A stretch of 11,099 nucleotides of DNA. Source: Paramicrosporidium saccamoebae KSL3 (lineage: Eukaryota; Fungi; Cryptomycota). The DNA is taken from positions 2,511 to 13,609 of the forward strand of contig MTSL01000220.1 of assembly GCA_002794465.1 (NCBI GenBank), written 5' to 3'. The translations under genes were made by a program, and so were the position numbers. The notes beneath the pieces are model-generated. The model ran no database searches. It saw only the letters and a list, made by a program, of their open reading frames with translations, and was not told the DNA's origin. This document shows, in pieces, positions 8,454-11,099 of the stretch (position 1 is the stretch's first letter; the number at the start of each line of letters is the position of its first letter).

Positions 8454-9086
8454 ATGCCGTTCGACCTTCCCTCCCTTCCATATGACTATACTGCTCTAGA
8501 GCCTTATATTGATACTCAAACCATGCATTTGCATCATGAAATGCATCATAAGGCTTATGTCACCAAGCTCAATGACGCCCTGAAAGACCAGGCTTCTGAC
8601 ATTATCCAGGTACAGCGCACTGCCAAAGACGCATCACCCGCTGTCCGCAACAACGGGGGCGGTCACTATAACCATTCGCTTTTCTGGCGCTGGATGGCGC
8701 CGGTCGGCACCTCCAATACCGCGCCATGTGGACTTCTCAAGGAAAACATTGAACGCCGCTGGGGGAGCGTGGATGCAATGAAGCAAAAGTTTGGCGAGGC
8801 GGCCCTTGCACGGTTTGGATCTGGATGGGCATGGCTGGGTGTGAAGCCTGATGGAACCTTGGACATTGTGTCGACAGCGAACCAAGATAACCCGTTGATG
8901 GAGGGATTGGCAGAAGTGACCATGACCCCCATCCTGGGATTGGATGTGTGGGAGCACGCATATTATCTGAAATATCAGAATAGACGTCCTGAATACATTG
9001 AAAAGTGGTGGAATGTGGTTAACTGGGATTCTGTCGTCCAAGGATACGAAGAGTTTGCCCTCAAGGGACACGCCATTCCGATCTAA
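8454..9086 (+). CDS. sodA: Fe/Mn superoxide dismutase, Mn/bacterial SodA type, 210 aa, no targeting peptide, intronless
   Basis: Contains LPxLPYDYxALEPYID, TMxLHH, NNGGGHYNHSLFW, RFGSGWAWL, STANQDNPLM and LGLDVWEHAYYLKYQNRRPEY. The four metal ligands (H27, H74 and the D and H of DVWEH) are intact. Met in TM, GGG and NQD are Mn-type signatures. Confidence 0.95.
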   Translation: MPFDLPSLPYDYTALEPYIDTQTMHLHHEMHHKAYVTKLNDALKDQASDIIQVQRTAKDASPAVRNNGGGHYNHSLFWRWMAPVGTSNTAPCGLLKENIERRWGSVDAMKQKFGEAALARFGSGWAWLGVKPDGTLDIVSTANQDNPLMEGLAEVTMTPILGLDVWEHAYYLKYQNRRPEYIEKWWNVVNWDSVVQGYEEFALKGHAIPI

Positions 9087-9372
9087 TGTTGAAGAGCAAT
9101 AGCCAAGCCATAAGTAAAGTAATGTATTTGTATTTGTGTCATATGGTATGGGGTAAAACGATTGTTATTTAAGAGATAATAATCCCTATTTAGAACAGGA
9201 TTAGGTGACATCTTATAACTGACATTATACCCCTACAAAAATAGCCCACATTGAGCGTGTGCGATAATGGTTCCTAGGTGTAGGCAGGAGGATCCCTGCG
9301 TCAGGAATGGATTAAGATCTTTCAATTATGGGTCATTACTTTTAATCTCACATAAAGCAACATGGTATTCTA

Positions 9373-10462
9373 TTACACTTGAGAGACCTGCGCTCCGGTA
9401 TTCCGCTTCGGGAACATGAGGCCCTTTGTACAGTGGTCCACTGGAACCGGAAGCCACCATAATAGCACGTTCGATCCCATCACCTAAAACTGAACAATCT
9501 GCCGGAGCGTACCTGCTGAACGTTTCGGAAATATCCCACGTTGAAGGGATGTGGCAAGTTGAGTTCCTCTGACTGGCGCCTGCCAGCCTCTGAACGCTCA
9601 ATATGCTCAATAGTCGTCATGTTGTTGGCCAGCAAGTACATGTGGTAGAATAAGAGTATGACACTGGATAGTCCAAGTACAAATGAGAATACACAAATGA
9701 CCAAAAACTGAACACTTGTTCCTGTCGTCTATACTATTAGTCACACGCATGCAACAACTACTTGGCCGGCAGTCAACTCCCAAATCAGCTCTTGAAGCAG
9801 CGTGGTAAAGACAAAGATGGTCAACAATGTGGCATAAAATAGGCTGAGGAGGAAAAATTTGTAGTTTCGGTATCCCACGCAATTATTGAACCATGGACAG
9901 TGATGGTCCATTTTCAGAATACACTTTTCGCAAATCGAGCAATGGTGCACGCGTTCTGGCTTTGATGTATCACAGATCCCACAATAACGCTCCGCCTCAG
10001 CGGGCAGAATGAAGCACTTGGACTTTCCGTCAGTACTGCGCCAGCCAGGCAACTCTCCTTCTTTGGGACGCTATAATTAGCATCGCTTTGTGAGAATTGG
10101 TACAATGAGCGTGTAGTCGAGGGGACTTCCAGGACTGCGAAAGGTCATGACCGCATAGTTCACTATCAATAGCGTAAAGAGGATGTTCGCAAAGACCAAG
10201 TAGAGCGCTACAGTTACTTTAACCAGCTAAACAATACTAGCTTTGACAACCAGTGCGGGATCGTACTGCAACAGGGTCAGTACTAAGGTTAAGTAAACAT
10301 GACAACCATACTGCAAAACTCCACGATATAAACATAGTAAGCATAGACGACTATTCCCGTGACAAAGAGCACCGGAACCCAGCCGGCAGCCTTCAAACCA
10401 AGCCTCTTGAGACGCTGTTTTCGTCCGAGACGATTGGATGTCTGCTCCGCATCATCTGTCAT
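9373..10462 (-). CDS. DHHC palmitoyltransferase, ZDHHC2/15/20-Pfa3-like (6 exons: 10462-10312, 10282-10238, 10207-10104, 10070-9762, 9728-9513, 9483-9373; 311 aa; alternative ATG at 10483)
   Basis: Contains the Cys-rich domain CGICDTSKPERVHHCSICEKCILKMDHHCPWFNNCVGYRNYKFF, four TM segments, SPG before the CRD, the TTIE motif and C-terminal PFNVGYFRNVQQ|VMGSNVLLWWLP. All five introns keep a single frame. Confidence 0.9.
9484..9512 (-). other. Spliceosomal intron, 29 nt (DHHC intron 5)
   Basis: GTACGC...TTTAG with a weak branch site; removal gives NVQQVMG...WWLP. Confidence 0.85.
9729..9761 (-). other. Spliceosomal intron, 33 nt (DHHC intron 4)
   Basis: GTAGTT...ACTAAT...TATAG; contains an in-frame TGA. 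Confidence 0.88.
10071..10103 (-). other. Spliceosomal intron, 33 nt (DHHC intron 3)
   Basis: GTACCA...GCTAAT.TATAG; contains in-frame stops. Confidence 0.88.
10208..10237 (-). other. Spliceosomal intron, 30 nt (DHHC intron 2)
   Basis: GTATTG...GTAAC.TGTAG; removes an in-frame TAG and joins VVKA-TLYLVF. Confidence 0.78.
10283..10311 (-). other. Spliceosomal intron, 29 nt (DHHC intron 1)
   Basis: GTATGG...CTTAAC.CTTAG; joins VEFC-ILTLLQ. Confidence 0.82.
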
Positions 10463-10640
10463 GCCTACAACGAACAATGCCATACATCCCAACTCTTTCC
10501 TTTTTTAGACGACAAAGTTTGGTTGGAGCCGAGAACATGGAGCGTAACATTTAATTATAAAATTGGTGTTGCTATGTGTTCAGTATGTTCTGAGATCTCC
10601 GTTGAACCCATCATTGACAAGCTAGGAATAAGCGCAAAGT

Positions 10641-10970
10641 CTAATGTTCTACCTCCTTTGGAAATTTTGGCTCTCGGTCATATGCCACTCCGCCAGGCGC
10701 AGTGGGGTCTAAAATCAGGCATTGATTCACACGAGCAGTACAAATATATGGTTCTGGATGTCGCCACTTCCACAACAGATACCTGGTGGCATTGCGGAGT
10801 AGAGCGACCTGTTGTGGGTCCTGCTCATTACGGTGCAAGTCGAATTGGTGGCGAATAGCTACCACAATCCGACGGTGTTCATCCCGCTTGGAGACCCAGT
10901 CAAAGGCCAGTCGGAGACATTTCCTATACAATCCACACACTTCTCTGACCTGAGAGCCTGGTGCGGACAT
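10641..10970 (-). CDS. NDUFB9: NADH:ubiquinone oxidoreductase subunit NDUFB9/B22 (LYR-motif protein; exons 10970-10742, 10708-10641; 98 aa)
   Basis: Contains LYRKCLRLAFDW, IRHQFD and, after splicing, HPEPYIYPTAPGGVAYDR, which matches the NDUFB9 HPxPYIxPxxPGG motif. Confidence 0.88.
   Translation of the reverse strand: MSAPGSQVREVCGLYRKCLRLAFDWVSKRDEHRRIVVAIRHQFDLHRNEQDPQQVALLRNATRYLLWKWRHPEPYICTARVNQCLILDPTAPGGVAYDREPKFPKEVEH
10709..10741 (-). other. Spliceosomal intron, 33 nt, in-frame and stop-free (NDUFB9)
   Basis: GTACTG...CCTGAT.TTTAG; the ORF track reads through it and inserts 11 aa into the conserved PYIxP motif. Confidence 0.85.
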
Positions 10971-11017
10971 GCAAATGTAAATAATTATTTGTTTCAGTTT
11001 TTGGTTGTTGATATTGG

Positions 11018-11099
11018 ATTGCGGACCCTGCTATGGATTCTGGACTGTTTTGATTGCGGATCCTACTATAGATTCTGGACTGTTCTAATTGCGGATCCT
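11018..11099. repeat. 35-bp tandem repeat, at least 2.3 copies, truncated by the window edge
   Basis: attgcggaccctgctatggattctggactgttttg / attgcggatcctactatagattctggactgttcta / attgcggatcct...; 30/35 identity between the two full units. Confidence 0.9.

Noticed and set aside
8634-9071. Antisense ORFs inside the SOD gene (145, 88 and 74 aa)
   Set aside because: They are fully nested opposite a highly conserved CDS and show no protein-like features.
9270-9307. Hairpin ttcct...gcagg-aggatc-cctgc...aggaa between the convergent SOD and DHHC genes
   Set aside because: The stems are only 5 bp and there are no tRNA or snoRNA boxes; compatible with chance.
10465-10485. 21-nt GTATGG...TGTAG element just upstream of the DHHC ATG at 10462
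   Set aside because: It fits GTA...TAG but is well below the 29-34 nt size class and lacks a branch site. The start choice (10462 vs 10483) remains unresolved.
10253-10858. 201-aa plus-strand ORF
   Set aside because: It is antisense to DHHC exons 1-2 and NDUFB9 and has no recognisable motif; a shadow ORF.
6271-10970. Functional cluster of redox and mitochondrial genes (COX4, SOD, NDUFB9)
   Set aside because: They are interleaved with unrelated genes in mixed orientations, as expected by chance in a gene-dense genome.
11018-11099. CRISPR array (35-bp direct repeats)
   Set aside because: The units abut with no spacers, the context is eukaryotic and there are no cas genes; it is a tandem repeat.

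Overview
This window is eukaryotic nuclear DNA from a very compact, gene-dense genome with tiny spliceosomal introns; it looks fungal or Rozellomycota-like, but that assignment is inference. The left part (1-4283, minus strand) holds a head-to-tail array of divergent ~545-aa paralogues of unrecognised function with hydrophobic, signal-peptide-like N-termini. Two are complete and a probable third runs off the left edge and is missing from the ORF track. The right part (4777-10970) holds six conserved genes: a USP10/Ubp3-type deubiquitinase, Uba4/MOCS3, cytochrome c oxidase subunit IV (Cox4/Cox5), a bacterial-type Mn superoxide dismutase without a targeting peptide, a DHHC palmitoyltransferase and complex I subunit NDUFB9. 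I reconstructed ten introns by hand. All are 29-34 nt, start GTA and end TAG, and each restores the frame or a conserved motif. Other features are a 48-bp gap between divergent start codons and two short degenerate tandem-repeat arrays upstream of genes. I found no rRNA, tRNA, CRISPR array or mobile element.
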